A stretch of DNA of 64,000 nucleotides, taken from the NCBI GenBank assembly GCA_044070495.1, contig JBIPSI010000005.1, forward strand, positions 1 through 64,000, given 5' to 3'. Numbering within the stretch: the stretch's first letter is position 1; every line of letters starts with the position of its first letter. Positions 19,947-29,418 of this stretch are shown here, in pieces. This DNA is from Spirulina sp. (GTDB lineage Bacteria > Cyanobacteriota > Cyanobacteriia > Phormidesmidales > Phormidesmidaceae). The notes under the pieces are model-generated. The model saw only the letters and a program-made list of their open reading frames with translations, did no database searches and had not been told where the DNA came from. The position numbers were made by a program, and so were the translations under genes.

Positions 19947-21461
19947 ATGATTTTTCGTCAACACGCTATTGCCCTGGGTGCTGTGGGAGGGCTGGCTGGC
20001 TTAATGATGTGGCTTGGCCCCTTGGCCCAGTCTTCTCCAGTCCCCAGCCCTGATCTATCCGATCCTCCGGTCTTTGTCCATCTGTTTGAGTGGCCCTGGT
20101 TGGACATTGCGGCTGAATGCGAAGCGGTGCTGGGGCCAGCGGGGGTGGGGGCGGTTCAAATTTCTCCGCCCCAGGAGCACATAGTCCTGCCGGACTATGG
20201 CTATCCCTGGTGGCAGCGCTACCAACCCGTAAGCTATCGTCTGGACAGCCGGGGGGGGAGCCGGGAAGACTTGGTTGAAATGGTAGATCGCTGCCGTCGG
20301 GCCGGAGTCACCATCTATGCAGATGCCGTGATCAACCACATGGCCGGGATGGAAGCGGGGGTGGGCAGTGCCGGAACGAGGTTCACCAAATACGAGTATC
20401 CCGGCCTCTATGAACCGGAGGACTTTAACCGCTGCCGCACCCCCATTGACAACTACAACGACGCCACCAACGTCACCCAGTGCGAACTGGTGGGGCTGGC
20501 GGATCTCGATACCAGTTCCCCACGGGTGCAGGCCCAGATCGTCAGCTATCTGCTAGATTTAGCCAGCCTGGGCATCGGCGGCTTTCGGATTGATGCGGCC
20601 AAGCACATTCGCCACGAAGAGCTGGGTCAAATTCTGGATCAGTTTCGCAGTCGTGCTTCCGGCGACGTCTTTATCTACCAAGAGGTGATTGACCCCGGCA
20701 CCGAGGCCATTCGCAAGCAGGACTACTATCCCCACGGCAACGTCATCGACTTTAAGTATGGTGAGTTTTTGGGCGAGGCGTTCCTAGGGCTGGAGGGCCA
20801 AACCCTGGCCAACCTCGAAACTCTAGGCGAATCTTGGGGGCTGGCTCCCTCTGGTCAGGCGGTGGTCTTTATCGATAACCACGACAAACAGCGCGGCCAC
20901 GGCGGCGGCGGCAACTACCTCACCTACAAAGACGGTGCCCGCTATGCCCTGGCCAATGTGTTTATGCTGGCCTTCCCCTACGGCATTCCCCAGGTGATGT
21001 CGAGCTACGCCTTTGAGGACAGCGACCAAGGCCCCCCCACCTACCCCGACGGCACCACCCGCCCCATCTACGACAACGGCGAGGCCCAGTGTTTTGACGA
21101 GTGGATTTGTGAGCATCGCTGGCCCGCCATCCTCAACATGGTGGCCTTTCGCCATGCCACCCAGGCCCACCCCGCTGTCACCGACTGGTGGGACAACGGC
21201 GCAAATCAGATTGCCTTTGGCCGAGGAAATCTGGGCTTTGTGGTGATCAACGGCGAGGAGGACACCCTCACCCACACCTTCCAAACCCAGCTTCCCCCAG
21301 GCCGCTACTGCAACGTCACCGTGGGGCTGCCCACGGCGGATGGGCAAGGCTGCCAGAACCAGGCAGATCCACTCCAGGTTGGGGCAGACGGAACATTTAC
21401 CGCTACCGTCAATGGTCTCTCAGCCCTCGCCCTTCACCAGGGAGCTAAGTTATCCCCCTAG
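19947..21461 (+). CDS. Secreted alpha-amylase (GH13)
   Basis: VHLFEW, WWQRYQPVSY, DAVINH, GFRIDAAKH, YQEV, FIDNHD. Confidence 0.93.
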   Translation: MIFRQHAIALGAVGGLAGLMMWLGPLAQSSPVPSPDLSDPPVFVHLFEWPWLDIAAECEAVLGPAGVGAVQISPPQEHIVLPDYGYPWWQRYQPVSYRLDSRGGSREDLVEMVDRCRRAGVTIYADAVINHMAGMEAGVGSAGTRFTKYEYPGLYEPEDFNRCRTPIDNYNDATNVTQCELVGLADLDTSSPRVQAQIVSYLLDLASLGIGGFRIDAAKHIRHEELGQILDQFRSRASGDVFIYQEVIDPGTEAIRKQDYYPHGNVIDFKYGEFLGEAFLGLEGQTLANLETLGESWGLAPSGQAVVFIDNHDKQRGHGGGGNYLTYKDGARYALANVFMLAFPYGIPQVMSSYAFEDSDQGPPTYPDGTTRPIYDNGEAQCFDEWICEHRWPAILNMVAFRHATQAHPAVTDWWDNGANQIAFGRGNLGFVVINGEEDTLTHTFQTQLPPGRYCNVTVGLPTADGQGCQNQADPLQVGADGTFTATVNGLSALALHQGAKLSP

Positions 21462-21497
21462 GGTTACTCACGCTAGCGGCAGATTCTCCATCACATC

Positions 21498-21523
21498 CCG
21501 TAGGGGCGAGGTCTCCTCGCCCG
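21498..21523. repeat. GTAG-type REP (CCGTAGGGGCGAGGTCTCCTCGCCCG)
   Basis: Hairpin between convergent genes; identical 26-mer at 55702-55727. Confidence 0.75.
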
Positions 21524-21537
21524 TATAAGGGTTTGCC

Positions 21538-22140
21538 TCACTCTAGGGGCAAAATTTCCACCCCATCACCCACCTGGAGGCCCAGTTCCTCGGCCCGCCC
21601 CGCCCGCAGTTCAATCACATGATCAACCAGTTGGCTGTCGGGGCCATAGGTGGGGCAAGGAGCCGCAGGACAGGGGGGCACCTCGGCGGCAATGTACTGA
21701 ATTGTGCCCTGGTAGACAAACACCATGTCCAGCGCTACGGGCACGTTCATCATCCAAAAGCGCACCGGACGAGGGCGATTCATCGGAAACAACATCCCCC
21801 GATCATCGGGCAGGGCATCGCGATACATCAGCCCTAGGGCTTGCTGGGCCGGAGTTTCAGCCACCTCCAGAAAAATGTCTTCGCCCCCCAGCACGGTTTT
21901 GGCGGTGATGGGCAATTGCTGACCTAATTCAGAACCAACCATCCCCTGGTTATCGACATTTTCCGTCGATGATTGGGGGGGCGGCGCAATATTGGGGTCG
22001 GGGGTGTCCTCGGCGGCATTGGGCTGGGTACAGCCGATACTCACCGTCATCAGGGCGATCCAGCACCCTAACCACAGGCCCGTCCGCCATCGAAACCAGC
22101 GTGGGGAATTGGGATTAACCATAGCAGTACGAGGCAGCAC
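21538..22140 (-). CDS. DUF192 domain lipoprotein
   Basis: LEVAET..GLMYR..RGMLF..FWMMNV..LDMVF..VIELRAG. Confidence 0.85.
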   Translation of the reverse strand: MLPRTAMVNPNSPRWFRWRTGLWLGCWIALMTVSIGCTQPNAAEDTPDPNIAPPPQSSTENVDNQGMVGSELGQQLPITAKTVLGGEDIFLEVAETPAQQALGLMYRDALPDDRGMLFPMNRPRPVRFWMMNVPVALDMVFVYQGTIQYIAAEVPPCPAAPCPTYGPDSQLVDHVIELRAGRAEELGLQVGDGVEILPLE

Positions 22141-22284
22141 GTCCTATCCCCACCGTTCTAAAATCATGCCCATTCTATCAAACGTGGCTTGCAACGGACG
22201 CGCCATCCCGGTGCTGCCCCCAGGCCTGAATACCTCCGTGCATCCGGCTTTTGAGGAGGTGCGGCGACGGAAGGAACGGGCCGA

Positions 22285-24180
22285 CTAGGATGTGGGACAC
22301 CAAAAGCGCAGGGTTTCATCGGCACTGGCACTCACCATCATCCGGCTGTCGGGGGTAAACGCTAGGGCAGTCAACGACCAGCCATGGCCCACGAGCGGCA
22401 CGGCGCTCAAGGCGTCACGTTGAAGGGTGAGGTTGACCAACGCTAGGGTTCCAGATTCGGTGCCCATCGCCAACCACTGACCATTGGGGCTGATTGCTAG
22501 GGCGGTGATGGGGTTGGGAAATCGCTGAATCAGGCTGCCCTGAGCGGGTTGTGAGGCGTCCCAAACCTGAACTTGGCCTTGGGCATCCCCGCTGATAATG
22601 CGGCCATCCTGGGGGTGGCAAGCCAGGGCGGTAATCGCAGACTTGGGGGCCGTGATGGTGTGGCTGAGCCGTCCGGCGGGCAACGACCACAGGCGAATCG
22701 TGCGATCTTGGCTACCGCTGACCAAAAGCTTTTCAGGCAGGTTAACCGCCAGGGCGGTCACAGCCGCCTGGTGATGCACTAAAATCTTGGGCTGAACCTG
22801 CTGCGTTAGGGACACCAGATAAATCCGCCCATCGCCACAGGCCACCGCCAGGGTATCGCCGCCCAGGGCATCATCCACCGCCAAGGCCGACACCTGCCAA
22901 CTGTTGAGGGGGATTCGCTGCCGATGGCTTGGATCAGCCAAATCCCACTGAATCACCTGTCCATCCTCGCCGCCGCTGATCACCGTTTCGCCGGGGCCAA
23001 AAATCACCGAGGTCACCGTTCCCCGATGCCCCAGCCCTCGCAGGGTTTTGCGGAATTGATGAAGGGGCTGACCATTGGTGCAATCCCACAGCCGCACCGA
23101 ACCATCGGCACAGGCGGCGGCGAGGGTGCGCCCCTGGGAATGAATCGCCAAATCCTGAACCACCACACCGGAGAGATCAATACGATGGCGTTCTTGCCAG
23201 GGTGTGACTGTTGTTTTGAACTTTGAACTTTGAACTTTGAACTTGGAGGACTCTATCGTCCGACCCCTAACTTCCGAGGGAGAGCCATCTAGGGAGAAAT
23301 TACCCCACCGCAAATCCGCCATCACCTCCTGGGCGCGGCTGTAGCGCTCCTTCAGGCGGCGGTTCACCATGCGGTCGAGCACTCTGGCCAGGGCAGGGCT
23401 GATGGGCTGGGTCAGAAAGGGCTGCCAGATCCAGGCGTCTTCGCCCACGGCATAGAGATCGAAGGGATGGAGTCCGGTGAGCAGGTGCAGGCAGGTGAGG
23501 CCGAGGCTGAAAATGTCGCTGGCAAAGACAGCCTTGCCGAGGGTTTGTTCGGGGGCAGCATAGCCTGCGCTACCGATCACGGTTCCGGTTTGGGCTAGGG
23601 CTTCTGGGTTCACGGTTTTGGAAGCGCCAAAATCTACCAGCACAAAGGGCCGATTATCGGGGGGCGCGATAATGTTGGCGGGTTTGATGTCGCGGTGGAT
23701 GACCTGGTGATCGTGGATGAATTGCAGCACGGGCAGCAGGTCGCTCAGCAGGCGGCGAATCTGGGTTTCTTCCAGCGGCGGGTTGAGTTGGTCGAGGTTG
23801 GGGCCAGGGATATATTCCTGCACCAAAAATTGGCCTTGATCCGTGTCCAAGGCTTCTAACAGCCTGGGAATTTGGGGATGGTGGCCCAGGATGGCTAGCT
23901 GCTCGGCTTCCTGCCGAAAGCGTTGATGTTGGGCCTCAGGGGTTCTGTTTTGGCGGGGATGCATGGACTCTGGCCAAAGCTGCTTCACCACGCAGATTTG
24001 CGGCGGATGGACGCTTTCATCCACTGCCCGATAGGTACGGCCAAAGCCCCCCTGCCCTAGCACCGCCACGCATCGATAGCGCTGGCTCAGCCACAAATCC
24101 GCACCGCAGGACTGGCAACGCAGGGCCGCCGTGGGGTTAACGGGCTGGGCACATTGGGGGTTAAGGCAAAGGGTGTCCAT
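22285..24180 (-). CDS. Ser/Thr protein kinase with WD40 repeats
   Basis: LGQGGFG, HRDIKPAN, DFG, APEQ; C-terminal WD repeats. Confidence 0.92.
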   Translation of the reverse strand: MDTLCLNPQCAQPVNPTAALRCQSCGADLWLSQRYRCVAVLGQGGFGRTYRAVDESVHPPQICVVKQLWPESMHPRQNRTPEAQHQRFRQEAEQLAILGHHPQIPRLLEALDTDQGQFLVQEYIPGPNLDQLNPPLEETQIRRLLSDLLPVLQFIHDHQVIHRDIKPANIIAPPDNRPFVLVDFGASKTVNPEALAQTGTVIGSAGYAAPEQTLGKAVFASDIFSLGLTCLHLLTGLHPFDLYAVGEDAWIWQPFLTQPISPALARVLDRMVNRRLKERYSRAQEVMADLRWGNFSLDGSPSEVRGRTIESSKFKVQSSKFKTTVTPWQERHRIDLSGVVVQDLAIHSQGRTLAAACADGSVRLWDCTNGQPLHQFRKTLRGLGHRGTVTSVIFGPGETVISGGEDGQVIQWDLADPSHRQRIPLNSWQVSALAVDDALGGDTLAVACGDGRIYLVSLTQQVQPKILVHHQAAVTALAVNLPEKLLVSGSQDRTIRLWSLPAGRLSHTITAPKSAITALACHPQDGRIISGDAQGQVQVWDASQPAQGSLIQRFPNPITALAISPNGQWLAMGTESGTLALVNLTLQRDALSAVPLVGHGWSLTALAFTPDSRMMVSASADETLRFWCPTS

Positions 24181-24262
24181 AGATAGGACGGGGTAGGACG
24201 GAGGAAAGGTATAGCCATCCTACTGAAGATTCTGAAAAATTCGGCTTGGGTAACAACAGCAG

Positions 24263-24295
24263 AGAAGCCGGGGTTCTTCAGGAACCCCGGCTTCT
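24263..24295. repeat. Palindromic repeat copy 1 (AGAAGCCGGGGTTC-N5-GAACCCCGGCTTCT)
   Basis: Perfect 14-bp stem followed by GGGGATGGC. Confidence 0.8.
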
Positions 24296-24324
24296 GGGGA
24301 TGGCAGTACACCTTCAAAGCTCTA

Positions 24325-24430
24325 AATAGACACCTCGTGATACTCGCCAGGGCAAACCGCTTCAATCAACGCCTGTATGCGATCTGTCCGCTGAATTCGG
24401 GGCCACGACGTAGAGAGCAAAACAACAACA
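24325..24430 (-). pseudogene. 3' remnant of DUF5615 PIN-like toxin gene
   Basis: Clear nucleotide similarity to 25160-25265 (CCTCGTGATACTCGCCAGGG ... GGCCACGACGTAGAGAGCAA). Confidence 0.65.
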
Positions 24431-24505
24431 GAAGGGATGGTGTCTTGGGAAGCCCTCAAGGCGGATGTTGGGCTATGAGCTATCGCCTGGAGTGATTCGG
24501 ATGAG

Positions 24506-24835
24506 ATGCCTATGAAGCATGATGTTCAGGCGGCGTTAGACACGATCAAGGCCCGTCTTGTGCCCCAGTTTCAGCCGATTCAGATCATCTTATTCGGCTC
24601 CCAGGCAACGGGTAGGGCAACGCCGGAAAGTGACATTGATCTGTTGGTGGTGATGCCCCAGGTGGCTAGCAAACGCCAAGCCGCCATTGCCATGCGTCGG
24701 TGTTTGGCCGATTTGCCGATGGGCAAAGATATTATCGTCACGACCACGGAGGAAATCGCTCGTCGGGGTTATGTTGTGGGCACGGTGCTGCACCAGGCCA
24801 TCACCGAGGGCAAGGTGATCTATGAGCAAGCCTGA
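24506..24835 (+). CDS. Minimal nucleotidyltransferase (MNT) antitoxin, copy 1; HEPN partner truncated
   Basis: LFGSQATG..SDIDLLVV; near-identical to 26663-26986; only ~9 codons of the HEPN gene follow. Confidence 0.85.
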   Translation: MPMKHDVQAALDTIKARLVPQFQPIQIILFGSQATGRATPESDIDLLVVMPQVASKRQAAIAMRRCLADLPMGKDIIVTTTEEIARRGYVVGTVLHQAITEGKVIYEQA

Positions 24836-24857
24836 ACATTACCTTGAGGCCATCCGG

Positions 24858-25076
24858 CTAGGCCGCCTTTGATGCTATCAACTGGGCATAGAGGGGTTTT
24901 TCTTTGGAGAGTTGGCTGACGCTGAGGACAGAAAATCCCAAAATATTACCCTGGTCATCGACTCGCTCCATGATGGCGTCGTGATCGGTTTCGCGCAGGT
25001 AGCCGGGGGCATCTGAGAACAAGACTTCTAAAAAGTCAGCTTCGGGGTCAAACCAGATTTTTACAGACTGGGCCAT
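24858..25076 (-). CDS. DUF2283 family protein (putative antitoxin)
   Basis: IWFDPEADFLEV..D.QGNILGFSVL; upstream 25076-25150 looks like a remnant partner (..FIITAYLT..). Confidence 0.75.
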   Translation of the reverse strand: MAQSVKIWFDPEADFLEVLFSDAPGYLRETDHDAIMERVDDQGNILGFSVLSVSQLSKEKPLYAQLIASKAA

Positions 25077-25153
25077 CGTTGCTCTCCCTGCTTGAGTTGG
25101 TCGGTCAAATAGGCGGTAATGATAAAGGCGTCATTCTCTAAAGATTTGAGGAT

Positions 25154-25471
25154 TTATATCGAAACCTCGTGATACTCGCCAGGGATAACGGATTCAACTA
25201 ATGCTTGTATGCGATCCGTGTGGATCTGAATCCTTGGCCACGACGTAGAGAGCAAGACGACAATGGCGATCTGGCGCGTCGTCAAGTTTTGCTGATAGCG
25301 CAGGTTGCGATCCGTGGTGATCAGAAGCTCGTAACCCTCCTGTTCGGCAATCTTCAGCAGGTCGCCATTGGTGAGTGCTGACCAAGCTTTTTCGTAGGCC
25401 GTATCGATGGAATGACCTGGTAGATAGCGGCGTAGGGGAACTGGCGTTCCTTGATCGAACAGGATTTTCAT
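25154..25471 (-). CDS. DUF5615 PIN-like toxin
   Basis: MKILFDQGTP, NGDLL, LLITTDRNL; start overlaps DUF433 stop. Confidence 0.8.
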   Translation of the reverse strand: MKILFDQGTPVPLRRYLPGHSIDTAYEKAWSALTNGDLLKIAEQEGYELLITTDRNLRYQQNLTTRQIAIVVLLSTSWPRIQIHTDRIQALVESVIPGEYHEVSI

Positions 25472-25722
25472 CAACTGGCCAGTAATTGATTTAAGGCCAT
25501 CAGTTCGTAATCCAGCAGGGCTTCTACCTGGGCACGGGTAACGCCCGGAAACCATTCCAAGAACTGATCGACGGAGGCCCCGTCCTTGAGGTTTTCAAAA
25601 AAAGCGGCGACCGGAACACGGGTGCCACGAAACACCCACGCACCGCTCACTTTGTCGGGGCTGCGCTCCAAAATGTGGCTGAGGGGGGTGGCCGTATCCA
25701 TGTCAATGGTCGTTTTTTTCAT
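25471..25722 (-). CDS. DUF433 antitoxin
   Basis: PDKVSGAWVFRGTRVPV, FLEWFPGV. Confidence 0.85.
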   Translation of the reverse strand: MKKTTIDMDTATPLSHILERSPDKVSGAWVFRGTRVPVAAFFENLKDGASVDQFLEWFPGVTRAQVEALLDYELMALNQLLAS

Positions 25723-25743
25723 TATAAGCGGGCTGGCAGGGAG

Positions 25744-25776
25744 AGAAGCCAGGGTGCTTGGAGAACCCTGGCTTCT
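25744..25776. repeat. Palindromic repeat copy 2
   Basis: AGAAGCCAGGGT-N9-ACCCTGGCTTCT-GGGGATGGC. Confidence 0.8.
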
Positions 25777-25802
25777 GGGGATGGCGGTGCGCCCTTGCGG
25801 CT

Positions 25803-26027
25803 CTAAGCGGATTTAAGTTGGTAGATAATTGGGCGATAGGTGGGTGGCGGAATGGGTTTGCCTTCAGCTTGGGCGGTCTCTAGCCAAGCTTGTTTGGCCA
25901 TGGTGAGTTCTTGCAGAGCCTCTAGCGGGGTTTCGCCAAAGGCAGAGCAATAGCGGAGGTCGGGGATATCGGCGATGTAGCCCTCGTCTTCGTCGCTGTA
26001 GAAAATGTTGATGTGGTAGTCTTTCAT
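25803..26027 (-). CDS. hicB: HicB-family antitoxin (no intact hicA seen)
   Basis: YHINIFYSDEDEGYIADIPDL..CSAFGET.EAL..W..GKPIPPP. Confidence 0.82.
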   Translation of the reverse strand: MKDYHINIFYSDEDEGYIADIPDLRYCSAFGETPLEALQELTMAKQAWLETAQAEGKPIPPPTYRPIIYQLKSA

Positions 26028-26062
26028 GGTTAATCCTCCACAAGGCACTGAGGACATTTAGG

Positions 26063-26383
26063 GTGCTCGTCGGCATTGTTACATCGGTAAATGGCGTATC
26101 AATTCGGCTCACAGAAGAGCGCTGGGGGCATATTACATCTCAGCATCCTGAAATGGAGGCTTATCAAGCTGTTATTTTAGAGGCAGTAGCCAGTTCAGAC
26201 CGGGTACTCGATGGCGGCAATGGGCAGTTGATCGCCGTGCGGTCAGTATCTCGACAAAAATGGCTGCTGGTGATCTACCGAGAAATTGAGACACAGGGCG
26301 CGATTATGGATGGCTTCATTGTCACAGCCTTTTTTAATCAGCGGCTCCGCTACCTGGAGGGTAAACATCAGCTATGGCCTTAA
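26063..26383 (+). CDS. DUF4258/RelE-like putative toxin
   Basis: IRLTEERWGHI..HPEM, FIVTAF; overlaps the DUF2283 gene. Confidence 0.65.
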   Translation: MLVGIVTSVNGVSIRLTEERWGHITSQHPEMEAYQAVILEAVASSDRVLDGGNGQLIAVRSVSRQKWLLVIYREIETQGAIMDGFIVTAFFNQRLRYLEGKHQLWP

Positions 26384-26610
26384 CTCAGGTTAACGTTGAC
26401 AACTACTTGAATATCGCTAAGGTGCTACAGACTGTAGAGCAGCGCCCTTGTTGGATGATGTTTGATGCCGAGGCGGATGTGCTGTACATCAATTTTCAGC
26501 AGCCTGCGGTGGCGGCAACCGATAGCGAAGTCACAGACAATGATGTGGTGATTCGCTATGCCGATGATGAGGTGATTGGCCTGACCATTTTGTCGGTGAG
26601 TCAGCGTTAG
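26374..26610 (+). CDS. DUF2283 family protein
   Basis: FDAEADVLYINF..VIGLTIL. Confidence 0.8.
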   Translation: MALTQVNVDNYLNIAKVLQTVEQRPCWMMFDAEADVLYINFQQPAVAATDSEVTDNDVVIRYADDEVIGLTILSVSQR

Positions 26611-26662
26611 GCGGGGGATAATGGGGTTTAGAGAAGACGTGTCACATTTGGGAGGCTCTCCC

Positions 26663-26986
26663 ATGAGGAATGACATTCAGGCGGCGTTAGACACGATCAA
26701 GGCCCGTCTGGTGCCCCAGTTTCAGCCGATTCAGATCATCTTATTTGGCTCCCAGGCGACGGGAAAAGCAACGCCGGAGAGTGATATTGATCTGTTGGTG
26801 GTGATGCCCCAGGTGGCGAGCAAGCGCCAAGCGGCCATTGCCATGCGTCGGTGTTTGGCCGATTTGCCCATGGGTAAGGATATTATCGTCACGACCACCG
26901 AGGAAATCTCCCGTCGGGGTTATGTTGTGGGCACAGTGCTGCACCAGGCTATCACCGAGGGCAAGGTGATCTATGAGCAAGCCTGA
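26663..26986 (+). CDS. MNT antitoxin, copy 2
   Basis: GS..DxD nucleotidyltransferase motif; overlaps the HEPN gene. Confidence 0.85.
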   Translation: MRNDIQAALDTIKARLVPQFQPIQIILFGSQATGKATPESDIDLLVVMPQVASKRQAAIAMRRCLADLPMGKDIIVTTTEEISRRGYVVGTVLHQAITEGKVIYEQA

Positions 26987-27380
26987 ACACCACCTTGAGG
27001 CTGCTCGGTGGCTTCGCTATGCCGCAGAGGATTTGAAGGCGGCGGTGGCGCTGTTGGGGCAAAGTGCTGTGGAACCCAGGCATATCTGTTTTCTGTCGCA
27101 GCAAGCCGCTGAGAAGAGTTTGAAGGCAGCGCTAATTTTTGAACAAATTAAGTTTCCCTTTCGGCATGATTTGGATGAATTGAAAAACTTGGTACCCAGG
27201 GGTTGGGCGCTTAGCCGTTGTTCTGTTGACCTCGCAGAACTGACGGAGTGGGCGGTGGAGTCCCGCTATCCGACGGATGATGACGACCCAACGTGGGAGG
27301 AGGCCCATCGGTCGGTGGAACAGGCCAAGGCCATCTATGAGGCGACCCATAGGGATTTACAAGGGCATGGGTTGGGCTGA
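26973..27380 (+). CDS. HEPN domain toxin
   Basis: WL..A.EDL, FLSQQAAEKSLKA, HDL..L, SRYP. Confidence 0.85.
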   Translation: MSKPEHHLEAARWLRYAAEDLKAAVALLGQSAVEPRHICFLSQQAAEKSLKAALIFEQIKFPFRHDLDELKNLVPRGWALSRCSVDLAELTEWAVESRYPTDDDDPTWEEAHRSVEQAKAIYEATHRDLQGHGLG

Positions 27381-27402
27381 GAAGGGAGATGCTGGCGGGA
27401 AA

Positions 27403-27435
27403 AGAAACCAGGCTTCTCGGAGAACCCCGGTTTCT
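27403..27435. repeat. Palindromic repeat copy 3
   Basis: AGAAACCAGGCTTCTCGGAGAACCCCGGTTTCT-GGGGA. Confidence 0.7.
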
Positions 27436-27455
27436 GGGGAGGTGGCCGCAACCCC

Positions 27456-29342
27456 CTAGGGCTGAAGCTGCGCTACCAGGGCTTGGGTGGCGGGGTGGTT
27501 AGAGAGCAGATGGGTTTGGTTGGCGGCAACCACCGCTTGCAGAAGACCAATAAAATTGTTCCGAAAAATTTGCGTGTTGGGGTGATTTTCTCCCAACCGT
27601 TGCACCGCAATGGTAAGCGCTTGCACATACAGCGGTTCCGCCTCCCCGTACCGCCCCTGCGACTCATACAGACCCGCGAGATTGTTCATGCTGGTGGCGA
27701 CAGCGGGATGTTCCTCGCCCAACAGCCGTTGGAGCAGCGTCAGGGCGTCGCGGTAGAGCGGTTCCGCCTCCCCGTAGCGCCCCTGCGACTCATATAAACC
27801 CGCGAGATTGTTCATGCTGGTGGCGACAGCGGGATGATCCTCGCCCAGGCGATTACGCACTATTACCAAGCAGTCCGTGTACCAGGGTTCGGCCTGTTCG
27901 TAGGCTCCTTGCCCTTCATAAAACCGCCCTAGGCCAATAAAAGGCCAATCTAAGGAATCATCCTCTAGCCACTGTTGCCAAGTCGTAGCCGCCTCTGCAA
28001 TGTGGGGGATGGCCGGAGTCACCGCCAAAATTTGGTTGCGGGTGGGGGTTTGGGGAATGCCCTGGGCTACCTGCACCATCATCTGACAATAGCTCTGTTG
28101 CAGCGGTGCCGTGTTGTCTAGGGTGGCAAATCGCACCCGCAAAAATTCTTGAATCAGCGGATGCAACTGATAGATATCTTGATCGACGCGCTGAAGCAGA
28201 CTGTTTCGTAGCAGCTTATTGCGCTGCTGCCGCAGGGTAGGCGTGGGCACATCGGCCAAACAGGCCTGCACCCACTCCCAAGCAATAGGCGTTGCGGCAA
28301 ATAGGCTGAGTAGCGAGAGCAGGGTTTGGCTGGCTTCGTCTAGTCGTTGCAGGCTGAGTTCAAAGGCTTCGGCTACCCCCAGCTTTGCCGTCATGGTGGC
28401 TGCGGTTTCGTCTTTTAGCAGGGCGTAGGCATCGGTACGCATTTCATCCAGCTCGGCCTGCACCTCTGCTAGGGTCAGGTCTTCGTCTAGCTCCAGGTAG
28501 CGACCCACCAGTTCTAGCGCTAGAGGCAAGCGACCTAATCGCGTACAAAGGGCAGTGGCTTCGGCCAACTGAGCGTCAAGGCGGTCTGGCCCCACAATAG
28601 AGCGCAGCAGGTCGAGGGCGGCCTCTGGGCTAAGCACATCAATCTCTAGGTTGTTGATGCCGGAGAAGCGCTGCCGCGTGGTTAGCAAGACTCGAAACTG
28701 CTCGGTCTGGGGTGGTAAATAGGGCTGAATATTGGCAAGGTCGGCCACATCGTCGTAAATAACCAGCATGACCGAGGGCGCTAGGGGCCACTGTGCCCAC
28801 ACGTAGGCCACCTGGTCGGCCAATTCACCATCGGGGGGTGACATCCCTGCGGTTTTTGCAAATCGAACGATCTGGCTGGCCACATCTTGATCTCTGGCTT
28901 GCAGCCAGCAAATCCCACCGGGATAGGTCTCTGCGTCCAAGTAGGTGTAGGCATATTGCAGAGCCAGTTCGGTTTTGCCAATGCCGCCCATCCCCTTTAG
29001 GGCCGTAATCGCAAGGCGGCTGGTTTCGTGCAGTTGGGCGTGAACACGGTCGAGGTCTGCCTGGCGACCGACAAAGGTTTGGGTGCCGCTGCGGGGGAGG
29101 TTATTGGGGCAAAGCTTGGGCGGTGGCGGCAGGCTAGGAAGCTGGCCAAGCAGGTCTTGAATTTCGTCCAGTCCTCGACCCGTGGGGCTGTCGGCCCAGT
29201 CTAATAACGCTGAAACGCGCATGGCCTGGGCGGCACTAGGGCCAGGAATCAAACCACGGGGGGGCTTGATAGCAAACAGAAGCTTTTCAAAGTCTCCTGG
29301 CACCAGGGCGCTGAGGGTGGTAAAAAGCTGGACGCGATCCAT
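27456..29342 (-). CDS. NLR-like STAND (NB-ARC) ATPase with TPRs and small N-terminal helical domain
   Basis: FVGR, GMGGIGKT Walker A, VIYDD, LLTTR, GRLPLAL; 42-aa HPAVATSMNNLA TPRs. Confidence 0.88.
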   Translation of the reverse strand: MDRVQLFTTLSALVPGDFEKLLFAIKPPRGLIPGPSAAQAMRVSALLDWADSPTGRGLDEIQDLLGQLPSLPPPPKLCPNNLPRSGTQTFVGRQADLDRVHAQLHETSRLAITALKGMGGIGKTELALQYAYTYLDAETYPGGICWLQARDQDVASQIVRFAKTAGMSPPDGELADQVAYVWAQWPLAPSVMLVIYDDVADLANIQPYLPPQTEQFRVLLTTRQRFSGINNLEIDVLSPEAALDLLRSIVGPDRLDAQLAEATALCTRLGRLPLALELVGRYLELDEDLTLAEVQAELDEMRTDAYALLKDETAATMTAKLGVAEAFELSLQRLDEASQTLLSLLSLFAATPIAWEWVQACLADVPTPTLRQQRNKLLRNSLLQRVDQDIYQLHPLIQEFLRVRFATLDNTAPLQQSYCQMMVQVAQGIPQTPTRNQILAVTPAIPHIAEAATTWQQWLEDDSLDWPFIGLGRFYEGQGAYEQAEPWYTDCLVIVRNRLGEDHPAVATSMNNLAGLYESQGRYGEAEPLYRDALTLLQRLLGEEHPAVATSMNNLAGLYESQGRYGEAEPLYVQALTIAVQRLGENHPNTQIFRNNFIGLLQAVVAANQTHLLSNHPATQALVAQLQP

Positions 29343-29418
29343 GCTGCCGCCTGGAAATGTGCCAACATTTTAGCCGTTCAGGAGAAAACTGGCCGTATCG
29401 GAGTAAGAAGGGCGTCAT

